DNA of 64,000 bases from an uncultured Alphaproteobacteria bacterium (GTDB lineage: Bacteria; Pseudomonadota; Alphaproteobacteria; Methylaequorales; Methylaequoraceae). Below the pieces are notes generated by a model. That model made no database searches. It was given only the letters and a program-made list of their open reading frames with translations, and was not told the origin of the DNA. The translations under genes were made by a program, and so were the position numbers. Location of the stretch: contig CABZMK010000001.1 in the NCBI GenBank assembly GCA_902526865.1, forward strand, positions 45,768 to 109,767, given 5' to 3'. This document shows positions 29,663 through 38,035 of this stretch, one piece after another. Every line of letters begins with the position of its first letter. Position 1 is the first letter of the stretch.

Positions 29663-30384
29663 CACAACAACTTAATGCAATGCAAGAAAGCATAAAAATA
29701 GCTTTGGATGCGGCCGACGCAGCCACTGATGTGACCTCAGAATATAAAAGAATTAAAAACGAATATTTAAAGACGGAGCAAAAAATGAAAGAAATTCACA
29801 AATATACAACAATCATTTTTTCAAGTTCAATTGCCACAGCTGTAATAGCAATTATTTTAACAGGATTATTATATTTTAAATCACTTTCAGAACTTGAAGA
29901 TATGACAAGTACTAGTCGAGAAGCTCTAGTTGTATTTGCTGAAAATGTTGAAAATGTTAACAAAGCTGTAGATAATATGAATCAAAGTTTGGCTAGACAT
30001 ACTGATCTATTAAATGCTAGTGACGAGATGAAAGTTAAACTTGAAGAACTTTCAAACGCAATTAATTCAAATGATAAAAAACTTATGCTAAATTTATCAA
30101 AGGAAATATCAAACCTATCATCCGGGCTTTCTAAATCAATTAAAAACGAGGCAGACAAACTCAATAAGTCAATTCAAGAGTCAGGTGTAGTCACCTCCGC
30201 TAGTGTTAACAAAGAAATTGGTAAACTGTTGAAAGATAATAAGAAGAATCAAAATGTTAAACTTTTAAAAGAACTTTCTAATAGCACCTCTTCATTAAAT
30301 GCAGCACTCGAAGCGATTTCTAGCCAAAATAAACAGTTAGTTAAGGAAATAACAGATCAAAAAGAAAGCATAACTTTCCCATAA
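29659..30384 (+). CDS. Membrane-anchored coiled-coil protein (241 aa)
   Basis: One TM (IIFSSSIATAVIAIILTGLLYF) followed by long heptad-rich domain; unknown function. Confidence 0.45.
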   Translation: MTQQLNAMQESIKIALDAADAATDVTSEYKRIKNEYLKTEQKMKEIHKYTTIIFSSSIATAVIAIILTGLLYFKSLSELEDMTSTSREALVVFAENVENVNKAVDNMNQSLARHTDLLNASDEMKVKLEELSNAINSNDKKLMLNLSKEISNLSSGLSKSIKNEADKLNKSIQESGVVTSASVNKEIGKLLKDNKKNQNVKLLKELSNSTSSLNAALEAISSQNKQLVKEITDQKESITFP

Positions 30385-30391
30385 TAATATT

Positions 30392-31192
30392 ATGTCTGAA
30401 ACAAAAGAAGGAAATTTTTTCTTAAAAATTAATAAAATAAATGGTGGAAGTCATGCAGCAAATAATTTCTTAAAGCCAGACGATATAATTGTTGCACTTG
30501 ATAATCAGATTTATACTTTCGGTGAAAAACAACTAACTTCTGATTTAAAAGAATTAAAAAAAAGTAATCAAAAGTCTATGCTCACAGTTTTAAGAGAGGA
30601 TATATTTTTTAATTTGTTAATAGAAAATAGTTTAGGTTGCAAATTTACCACAACTACAGCTGAGGAAACCAATAAAATTAAATCTGATTATTTATCACAA
30701 GAAGTAAATGATCTTGACGAATTAAAAGAATTTATTGGAATGAGAGACGTTTACAGAAACTACGAAGTCATTGAAAATGCTAATTCTTTATCAGCAGGCA
30801 TTTTTCCCCCACTTTGGTTAGCTTATTCACAAAAATGGTGGCTTTTGTTTCTATTTACAGCAATTATGGCAGTATCCTTATCAGTTAATATTTATGTTTT
30901 TTTCTTGGGGTGGTTACTAACTTCAATTTACTGTTATAAAGCCCAATTAAACCTTCTCTTCAGCTTTTCCATGCTAGAGGGAAAAGTTTTTTGTGTAAAA
31001 TTGTTGTCTAAATCAATTGATGAGGCTCAAAAAACCATAAGAAAGCTTGACCCAAAATCCAAATTTAAATTTTCAAAACTACCAAAACCACTTGTAGAAG
31101 AGGTTGAAAAAGATAAAAAAGACGACAACGTTAACAAAAAAGACAGTAATAAAGAAAACATTGTTGATGAAAATCAGACAGTAATAGTATAA
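30392..31192 (+). CDS. Membrane protein with N-terminal PDZ-like segment and DUF2628-like TM region
   Basis: INKINGGSHAANNFLKPDDIIVALDNQ resembles the PDZ ligand-binding region; FPPLWLAYSQKWWLLFLF resembles the DUF2628 motif; Lys-rich tail. Confidence 0.4.
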   Translation: MSETKEGNFFLKINKINGGSHAANNFLKPDDIIVALDNQIYTFGEKQLTSDLKELKKSNQKSMLTVLREDIFFNLLIENSLGCKFTTTTAEETNKIKSDYLSQEVNDLDELKEFIGMRDVYRNYEVIENANSLSAGIFPPLWLAYSQKWWLLFLFTAIMAVSLSVNIYVFFLGWLLTSIYCYKAQLNLLFSFSMLEGKVFCVKLLSKSIDEAQKTIRKLDPKSKFKFSKLPKPLVEEVEKDKKDDNVNKKDSNKENIVDENQTVIV

Positions 31193-31201
31193 ACTATACA
31201 T

Positions 31202-31801
31202 ATGGTAGCTGATAAATATACAATCCAAGCTGAAACTTTAATGAAGGCAGCGATTGAGGAATATACTGAAGTAATTCAAGAAGTGAAGTCATCTGATGCT
31301 AATTTAACGACGCTTAAAGGCATCAGAATCAATATTCAAGGCAAACCAAGACGATTGGTGGATGTCGGAGATATAAAAAAAACTGAAAACGAAAATGTTG
31401 TTCAAATTTTAGTTTTCAACACAGATCATATACCTCTATTAACTGAAAAAATCGATGAAGTTGAGTTCAATTACGAAGTTGATGGACAATTCATTAACAT
31501 TGATCTGCCAGAACCCAGTTATAAACAATTAATGGAAGTTGTCGACGATCTAAATAGAAAGAAAAATTCTGGTTTAGCCAGACTGACTAAGGCTAAATCC
31601 GAAGCAACCACAAGGGCAAGAACAGCACTCGAAAATGATTTCATTACTCAGGGTGTTGCTAATGCAGTTTCCAGGAAATGTTCAGAAATGCACGAGCTAT
31701 ATTCGTCTAAAGTCAACGAACTTACAATTGAGAAGATAAAGGAAATTCTTGGTAACGAATATTTTGAAAAATATAAAAACGAAGAACTTGAATATGAGTG
31801 A
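31202..31801 (+). CDS. Divergent ribosome recycling factor (RRF/Frr)-like protein
   Basis: 199 aa. Pattern alignment to RRF: (IQGKPRRL vs YYGTPTPL), (ILVFNTDHIPLLTEKI vs INVFDRSMSPAVEKAI), (INIDLPEPSYKQL...ARLTKAKSEATTRARTALEND vs IRVPLPPLTEERRKDL...ARVAVRNVRRDANDK). Confidence 0.35.
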   Translation: MVADKYTIQAETLMKAAIEEYTEVIQEVKSSDANLTTLKGIRINIQGKPRRLVDVGDIKKTENENVVQILVFNTDHIPLLTEKIDEVEFNYEVDGQFINIDLPEPSYKQLMEVVDDLNRKKNSGLARLTKAKSEATTRARTALENDFITQGVANAVSRKCSEMHELYSSKVNELTIEKIKEILGNEYFEKYKNEELEYE

Positions 31802-32725
31802 TTAAAGTTTCAAATTTAAGTTTGACCCAATATTTTCATTTTTAAGATCCATATATTTTTTATTAATTAAGTCTTTGTTTTTCAGAACATTTTTATTTTT
31901 TTCAACTTCCAGAGAGCTAGGACTCCAGCTCGGATAATGAAAATTGATTTCTCCAAATTTTTCTTCTTTAAACTTTTTATTTTCGTTTTTATCTTTTATC
32001 AACCCAGATATTTGATTATTTATTTTTACTAACTCAGACTTACCATCAAAAGCTAAAGTAATATTTTGTTTATTTTCCAAAACAACTGGTTTAGTCGAAT
32101 ATTTATTTATATTACTTTCAATAGCCTTATTTTTATTTTCGATACCTATATTTTTGAAGTTGGAATAGTTAGTTTTTTCAAAATTATTTTTAGTAGATGC
32201 TACATAATTTTTAATGCCAGGTTTTTGGTTACCTTTCCACCATTCTCCGTAATTATTTTTATTAGCAATAACCACTGAAGAATTTTTGTTATCATCTATT
32301 TTATTATTTTCTGCAATCTGACTCTCTTTTTTCTTATCGTCTTTCCAAAGATTGCTTATTCCTGTGGCATCTAGCGCCAGTTCTGACGGTGTTTTATCAA
32401 ATATTTTATTAAAAACCCAGTTTCCAAAACCAACAATCGCTCCAATCGGACCACCATACATAAAACCACCGAGACTATTTTGAACTAAGTCTCTATCGGA
32501 TTTACTATCTTCAGAATTTATGCTTGAATAAATTCCACTTATAATTGGAAGATTTTGGAAAGGGTTAACCAACCCTCTAAACCAATCCCAAAAAGAGAAA
32601 TCGTCTTTTCCGGGTTCATTAACCTTTATATCGTTTAAAAGGTGTTGATTTTTAGGTTCTATATTTTCTTTTACAGGGGAAACGGTATTTTTAGAAATAT
32701 GAAATGGACTATTTTCTATTATCAT
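31802..32725 (-). CDS. Hypothetical protein (307 aa) co-transcribed downstream of motB
   Basis: Glycine-zipper-like hydrophobic segment GGFMYGGPIGAIVGFGNWVF; N/K-rich C-terminal half; start abuts the motB stop. Confidence 0.45.
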   Translation of the reverse strand: MIIENSPFHISKNTVSPVKENIEPKNQHLLNDIKVNEPGKDDFSFWDWFRGLVNPFQNLPIISGIYSSINSEDSKSDRDLVQNSLGGFMYGGPIGAIVGFGNWVFNKIFDKTPSELALDATGISNLWKDDKKKESQIAENNKIDDNKNSSVVIANKNNYGEWWKGNQKPGIKNYVASTKNNFEKTNYSNFKNIGIENKNKAIESNINKYSTKPVVLENKQNITLAFDGKSELVKINNQISGLIKDKNENKKFKEEKFGEINFHYPSWSPSSLEVEKNKNVLKNKDLINKKYMDLKNENIGSNLNLKL

Positions 32726-32726
32726 T

Positions 32727-33911
32727 TTAATAATTTATCTCAATTTCAATTCTTCTATTTTTTGCTCTTCCCTGAGAAGTGTCATTTGACTCTACTGGTC
32801 TTGTCTCTCCGTAACTGATCGCCTTCATTCTTTTTGGATCAAGAGTAGCGTTTCTTGATAGTTGTTGAACCACTGAGGCAGATCTTGCTGCTGCGAGATC
32901 CCAATTGTCTCTATAATTTGACCCAAATGTAAGTGGCACGTTGTCCGTATGACCCATAACCAATATCTCGCTTCTACCTTTTTTATTTTGTTCTGCTATT
33001 TTAGACATTATATCTCTTGCCTTGTTGGTAAGTTCAGCAGATCCTGACTTGAACGCACCAGCAGACCCAACAGTTATTATCACTTTATCGTCCTCTCTAT
33101 CAACATTAACAAGACCTTCCCCAATTTCTTGTTTCAGTGCAATTTTTAATTTGTCCTCAGCCAACTCTGCTTTTTTAGCCTCTTCTTTTGCTGATTGGCT
33201 TTGTTCAGATTGACCTACACTTTCCCCATCTTCCCCTTCAGCCTCATTTTTACCTTTTTGAGAAGACGCAGTTGCAAGATCAGCAAGCTGTTTTTCTAAG
33301 CCACCAATTAAAATTTCAGATTCTGATTTTCCTGATGCAGCCTTAACAGATTCCACAGCATTTAAAGTCTCTTGAAGAAGTTGAGGTAGTTCTTTCTCGT
33401 CTGCCTCTGTTGGTGTAAAGTTAACAACAACTTTACTCCCCAGAGCTTCGACAGTTATATCACCTCTTGCAATAGCTTCTTGAATATTTTTGGCAAGTTC
33501 TTTTGCATCCTCAGTTTCACCGTCATCCTTTGTGTTATCTTCTTGCTTGGTTTGAAGTTCTACTTTAGGTTGATCAGTCTCTGTCGTTTGTTGTTTTAAA
33601 TTATCTTGAACTGCTGGAGTGGGGTTTGGACTAAAATTAAGAGATAGTATTGTCGTTCCTTTTGGTGGTTCGACAACAGGTATAACTCTTTGTATTCCAA
33701 AAGCATTCTTCATACTACCACTTATTTGTTTAAATTTTGGTACATTAAATTCTGCAAAAGAGAGGATTAAAACAAAAAAAGCCATTAATAGTGTTGCCAT
33801 ATCGGCAAAGGTTGCCATCCAGGCTGGCGCCCCCTTCGGAGGACATTCTGGGCATTCATGTTCCTCTTCCTCGTTAGAGGTCTCTTGATTTTCGGTTTTT
33901 TCCTCAGCCAT
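32727..33911 (-). CDS. motB: Flagellar motor stator protein MotB (OmpA-like peptidoglycan-binding C-terminus)
   Basis: 394 aa; single TM after acidic N-terminus; OmpA/MotB domain (ILVMGHTDNVPL...NWDLAAARSASV...GRAKNRRIEI). Confidence 0.85.
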   Translation of the reverse strand: MAEEKTENQETSNEEEEHECPECPPKGAPAWMATFADMATLLMAFFVLILSFAEFNVPKFKQISGSMKNAFGIQRVIPVVEPPKGTTILSLNFSPNPTPAVQDNLKQQTTETDQPKVELQTKQEDNTKDDGETEDAKELAKNIQEAIARGDITVEALGSKVVVNFTPTEADEKELPQLLQETLNAVESVKAASGKSESEILIGGLEKQLADLATASSQKGKNEAEGEDGESVGQSEQSQSAKEEAKKAELAEDKLKIALKQEIGEGLVNVDREDDKVIITVGSAGAFKSGSAELTNKARDIMSKIAEQNKKGRSEILVMGHTDNVPLTFGSNYRDNWDLAAARSASVVQQLSRNATLDPKRMKAISYGETRPVESNDTSQGRAKNRRIEIEINY

Positions 33912-33921
33912 GATTTAAACT

Positions 33922-34695
33922 TTAGCCTCCAGCTGCAGCTTCCAAGAGTTTTTGTTTTTCTTTTGGAGGCAGATTTGCAACAAGTTGGTCTTGGATATTT
34001 CTAGGGCTTTCACCTCTTGAAATGAATTGTAAACCTGTAATAATCATCTCCCTGTAGGTAGTTTCGTAAGCTGAATAGCCTTTTAACTTTATCACAATCG
34101 GCATGAAAATCGTATTTGCGATCATAGCCCCATAAAGCGTGGTTAAAAGAGCAACAGCCATTGCAGGACCTATTGCTTTTGGATCAGCCATATTTCCTAA
34201 CATCGCAACTAATCCTACTAAAGTTCCAATCATTCCCATAGCGGGTGCTATGTCTACCCAAGATTGAGCACAACCAATGTTTTTCTCATGACGAACTTGC
34301 ATAGCCTTAAGTTCTTTTTTTAATTGAACAGTTAGTTTTGATTCGTCTGCTCCGTCAACAAGCATTTGTAAACCATTATCAAAAAACGGATCAGGCGTCT
34401 CTTGACCTTCAAGTGCCATCATTCCGTCTTTTCTTGCAATACCTGCTAACTCGACTATCCTTTCAATAAGTTCATCCATTTTTTTCACTGGCGGTTTAAA
34501 AGCCTTACCAAAGGCTCCGAAAGAACCGAGGTAAACGGGTAAAGGAGCTGTATACATCACAGCGAAAAAAGAACCACCAAAAACAATTAAAATTGAGGGA
34601 ACGTCAATGTAAGATCCCAAACCTCCGGCCGAAATCATCGCACCTGCAATCATACCTATTGTGCCAAGAAATCCTATTATTGTAGCTAAATCCAT
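33922..34695 (-). CDS. motA: Flagellar motor stator protein MotA
   Basis: 257 aa; MotA/TolQ/ExbB proton-channel family TM pattern. Confidence 0.85.
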   Translation of the reverse strand: MDLATIIGFLGTIGMIAGAMISAGGLGSYIDVPSILIVFGGSFFAVMYTAPLPVYLGSFGAFGKAFKPPVKKMDELIERIVELAGIARKDGMMALEGQETPDPFFDNGLQMLVDGADESKLTVQLKKELKAMQVRHEKNIGCAQSWVDIAPAMGMIGTLVGLVAMLGNMADPKAIGPAMAVALLTTLYGAMIANTIFMPIVIKLKGYSAYETTYREMIITGLQFISRGESPRNIQDQLVANLPPKEKQKLLEAAAGG

Positions 34696-34733
34696 TTATT
34701 TTTCCATTTGCAATTAATATATAATTAATATTT

Positions 34734-34749
34734 TGGTATAGATTCTGCA
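34734..34749 (+). promoter_or_regulatory. Sigma54 promoter-like element (plus strand: TGGTAT-N5-CTGCA) sharing its -12 TGCA with the motA promoter
   Basis: GG-N10-GC on the plus strand; about 60 bp upstream of the DUF1566 gene. Confidence 0.4.
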
Positions 34750-34762
34750 ACTTTAATACCAA
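34746..34762 (-). promoter_or_regulatory. Sigma54 promoter (minus strand: TGGTAT-N5-TTGCA) upstream of motA
   Basis: GG-N10-GC on the minus strand; about 50 bp upstream of the motA ATG. Confidence 0.5.
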
Positions 34763-34810
34763 AATAGAAAATATTTTTATTAATCTACATAATTATTGTA
34801 ATATACAGAT

Positions 34811-35284
34811 ATGATTAAAAAGCAACTCATAATATGTTTTTCACTGTTATTTTTTAAAAGTGTCTTCGCTTCTAATTTCATAGACAAAGGATATTATGTC
34901 ATAGATTTAAAAAATAAGATCGAATGGCTAAAATGTACTACTGGTCAACAGTGGAGTGACGAAAAACAAGCATGTCTGGGAACTGCTGTAAAATTGGACT
35001 TGAAATCTGTTGAAGAGGCAAATAATCTTCTCAATGAGCAAATTGAGGGTGAGTGGAGATTGCCATCACGAAAAGAGCTTGAAAGCTTAATTTGTAAAAG
35101 TTGTGAGGGAGCAAAAATTGATAAAACTTTTTTTCCTAACACACCAGCGGAACCTTTTTGGACTTCGCAAAGAAATTGGTGGTCGCCCAAGTTTTTTTGG
35201 TCGGTAAATTTCTTTACGGGACATTCTTACGGAAGATTTGTCCCCGAAAAAGAACTCTTTATAAGATTCGTGAAGGATCGTTAA
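34811..35284 (+). CDS. Secreted DUF1566 (Lcl C-terminal domain-like) protein
   Basis: 157 aa; signal peptide; GEWRLPSRKELESL motif typical of DUF1566. Confidence 0.55.
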   Translation: MIKKQLIICFSLLFFKSVFASNFIDKGYYVIDLKNKIEWLKCTTGQQWSDEKQACLGTAVKLDLKSVEEANNLLNEQIEGEWRLPSRKELESLICKSCEGAKIDKTFFPNTPAEPFWTSQRNWWSPKFFWSVNFFTGHSYGRFVPEKELFIRFVKDR

Positions 35285-35499
35285 TCTTTCTGATTAAAAT
35301 GCTCAATTAATTTAAATAAAAATAGACAAATACCAGCTACAAAAATTAATATTGCCGCATTCCAAGGTGTTACAAACGAAAGATAGCCTAAATTGTCCTT
35401 AAAAGTCAGTGAAATAATAATCAACAGCAGAACAAATGCTAAAAAAAATCTTATGTAGGAACATATTCTACAGTTTTTCATCTTTTTAAAATCAAACAA
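35281..35499 (-). CDS. Small hydrophobic protein (72 aa), uncertain
   Basis: Two predicted TM helices; overlaps neighbours; may be spurious. Confidence 0.25.
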   Translation of the reverse strand: MFDFKKMKNCRICSYIRFFLAFVLLLIIISLTFKDNLGYLSFVTPWNAAILIFVAGICLFLFKLIEHFNQKD

Positions 35500-36068
35500 T
35501 TTAGTTGTATAGATTTAGAATAATCACATATTACTTCACTACTTGAAAGATTATCTGCAGAATAAATAAGTTTGAACAAATTGTTTTCTTCTAAAATTCC
35601 AAATTTTCTCTCAAAATTTGGAAACTTTGTGGACAACAAACTCAGAATTTTTATTTTTTGTTTTTCAGCATTTTTCAATTTTGAAAATGCACCAAATTGA
35701 ATTTTTAAAGCATTATCTTTATGTATTTGAGTAGGTTTAGATTTAATTTCTGGAATTTTATTATTTATTTTTATTTCTTGGATATCCTTTGAATCATTTT
35801 CAGATCTAGATTTCCCGCTTTTAGATAAAACAGTTTTAGAATCTTTTATAGAATCATACAATTTTGTTTCAGCGTTTTTATAGCTTAAATTTTCATTTGA
35901 AATTTGTATTTCTTCTTCCTTTTTGTTTTCAAAAACAGTGTCTTCACTAATTTCTAATACCGGAAGAATTTCTAATTTATTGTCTAATTTAACCGTCAAA
36001 TTTTCAACATTTAAAAAAAATATTAAAAAAAGCTGTGGAACAATCAATAATGGTAATACTTTATTCAT
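35478..36068 (-). CDS. Secreted SPOR-domain-like protein
   Basis: 196 aa; signal peptide; C-terminal SPOR-like sequence (LKIQFGAFSKLKNAEKQ...FKLIYSADNLSSSEVICDY). Confidence 0.45.
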   Translation of the reverse strand: MNKVLPLLIVPQLFLIFFLNVENLTVKLDNKLEILPVLEISEDTVFENKKEEEIQISNENLSYKNAETKLYDSIKDSKTVLSKSGKSRSENDSKDIQEIKINNKIPEIKSKPTQIHKDNALKIQFGAFSKLKNAEKQKIKILSLLSTKFPNFERKFGILEENNLFKLIYSADNLSSSEVICDYSKSIQLNCLILKR

Positions 36069-36247
36069 TAAGAATATAATAGATTATATCCTCAAATAAG
36101 CCAGTATATATGAAGATAAATAAGAGTTTTGTTAATTTCTTTTTTTATTATTATGAGTGTCAAGTATCTGACTTAATAAAAGTGTCAAATTAAAGTTTTG
36201 CATTTCTTAGCAAAAAATTGTGAAATAATATTGAAAGGAAAAGAATT

Positions 36248-37708
36248 ATGCAAATTTCTCAGAATCTCAAATTAAAACAGAGTCAATCTTTAGTTATGAC
36301 TCCTCAGTTACAGCAAGCAATAAAATTACTCCAGTTGAATAATTTAGAATTAACAAATCTAGTTAATAAAGAGCTTGAAGAAAATCCTTTTTTAGAGAAT
36401 GAAAACGATGAATTGGATAATCAAAACGATCAAGACACAGAAAAAACGAATGAGTTAGATGAATCTTTTGAAAATGGCGAATCAATTTCAGATGAACCTT
36501 GTAATGATGATTTTGAAAATAGATGGGATAATGATGCGACTTTTGAATTTAATAGTAAACATTCATCCACTGACAGTGTTGATGTTGGAAGCGTAATAGA
36601 GCAGACACTTAGCAATAAAGTTTCTTTAAAATCTATATTAAGTAATCAAGCAGATTTAGAATTCAATGACGATGATGATAAGAAAATTGCAGAAATATTA
36701 ATTGACTACGTTGACGAAAATGGTTGGATCACTGAAAGTTTAGAAGACATTGAGGAATTTAGTGGATTTAACTTTAAACAAATTGAAAAAGTTTTAGAAA
36801 GAATGCAATGTTTTGAGCCAAATGGGGTATTTGCTAGAAATCTGAAAGAATGTCTCAAAATTCAACTTATTAATGAAAACAACTTGGATTCAAAGAAAGA
36901 AATTATTATCGAAAATATTGATTTACTTGGAAGTGGAAATATTAAAGGACTTCAAAAACTAACAGGACTAAAAGAAGAAAAGCTAAAAGACGAAATAAGG
37001 CTTATTAGAGCTCTAAACCCAAAACCAGGAAGCAAGTATTCAACAGATAATGACAATATCTTCCATCCAGATGTAATTGTAACAAAAAATAATTCTGATT
37101 GGGCAGTGGAATTAAATCATGGCACACTTCCGAAAATTAATATTAATAATGACTATGTCAAAGAAATAGAAAGACTTCAATGTGGAGAATCGGATAAAAA
37201 ATTTATAAATGAATCTTTAAATTCTGCAAGATGGTTGCTTAAAGCAATCCAACAACGAAACGTTACAACACTAAAAATTAGTTCCGAAATTGTTAATCAA
37301 CAAAAGGAATTTTTCGAAAAGGGAAAAAAATATCTAAAACCAATGGTTCTTAAAGATGTTGCAAAAAAAATTAATATGCATGAGAGCACAGTTAGTAGAG
37401 TCACATCAGACAAATTAATGCTAACACCAAGAGGTGTTTTAGAAATGAAACTATTTTTTAGTGCTTCGATAAGTAGTACCAAGAAAGGTGAGACTCATTC
37501 AGCAGAGTCAGTAAGAGAATCACTTAAAAAATTAATTAGCAGTGAACCCTTAAACAACCCATTGAGTGATGAAATGTTGGTAGAAAAACTTCAAGATGAA
37601 GGTATTGATTTAGCTAGAAGAACAGTTGCAAAATATAGGGAGTTGCTTAATATACCAGCCTCTTCGGTTAGAAGAAAAATTATGAAAATTCAAAATATGA
37701 ATATTTAG
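36248..37708 (+). CDS. rpoN: RNA polymerase sigma-54 factor RpoN
   Basis: 486 aa; N-terminal region I (LKQSQSLVMTPQLQQAIKLLQLNNLEL), acidic region II, C-terminal RpoN box (ARRTVAKYRE). Confidence 0.92.
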   Translation: MQISQNLKLKQSQSLVMTPQLQQAIKLLQLNNLELTNLVNKELEENPFLENENDELDNQNDQDTEKTNELDESFENGESISDEPCNDDFENRWDNDATFEFNSKHSSTDSVDVGSVIEQTLSNKVSLKSILSNQADLEFNDDDDKKIAEILIDYVDENGWITESLEDIEEFSGFNFKQIEKVLERMQCFEPNGVFARNLKECLKIQLINENNLDSKKEIIIENIDLLGSGNIKGLQKLTGLKEEKLKDEIRLIRALNPKPGSKYSTDNDNIFHPDVIVTKNNSDWAVELNHGTLPKININNDYVKEIERLQCGESDKKFINESLNSARWLLKAIQQRNVTTLKISSEIVNQQKEFFEKGKKYLKPMVLKDVAKKINMHESTVSRVTSDKLMLTPRGVLEMKLFFSASISSTKKGETHSAESVRESLKKLISSEPLNNPLSDEMLVEKLQDEGIDLARRTVAKYRELLNIPASSVRRKIMKIQNMNI

Positions 37709-37813
37709 TTTCATTAAAATTAATTTTGTAGATTTTATATTTTTACTAATAATTTAATAAATATTAACAAAAATAAAATTAAGATTTCGTCTATGCAGAA
37801 CCAATTTTATTTT

Positions 37814-37984
37814 TCAGGAATATACAATACTTTTAATTTCTCTAGAAGATCTATCCAAGAAATGCGAAACTGGATAAACATCAGTTTTAACACATTTGTC
37901 ATTGTCAAAATGAGTAATTTTTATAACTGGATAAGAATTAGGGATGTTACCATTAATTTCGTCTGATCTAATATATTTGTTCAT
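37814..37984 (-). CDS. Unannotated small ORF (56 aa) with strong Shine-Dalgarno
   Basis: ATG preceded by AAGGAGAAAAAA on the minus strand; below the 60-aa ORF-track cutoff; sequence MNKYIRSDEINGNIPNSYPVIKITHFDNDKCVKTDVYPVSHFLDRSSREIKSIVYS. Confidence 0.35.
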   Translation of the reverse strand: MNKYIRSDEINGNIPNSYPVIKITHFDNDKCVKTDVYPVSHFLDRSSREIKSIVYS

Positions 37985-38035
37985 TTTTTTCTCCTTGTTG
38001 AATTAAATGTGCAAATACTTTGCCAAAGTCATAAG

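Noticed and set aside
31202-31801. Considered whether the RRF-like ORF is a FliS/FlgN-type flagellar chaperone because of its position
   Set aside because: The length (199 aa) and the motif-by-motif correspondence to RRF (LPxPS/T...arginine-rich helix) fit RRF better than the four-helix FliS or the FlgN families. It is kept as an RRF-like call with low confidence.
36069-36247. Looked for a sigma54 or CtrA-type promoter upstream of rpoN
   Set aside because: There is no GG-N10-GC element and no TTAA-N7-TTAA motif. It is presumably a housekeeping sigma70-type promoter, which cannot be defined confidently in this AT-rich DNA.
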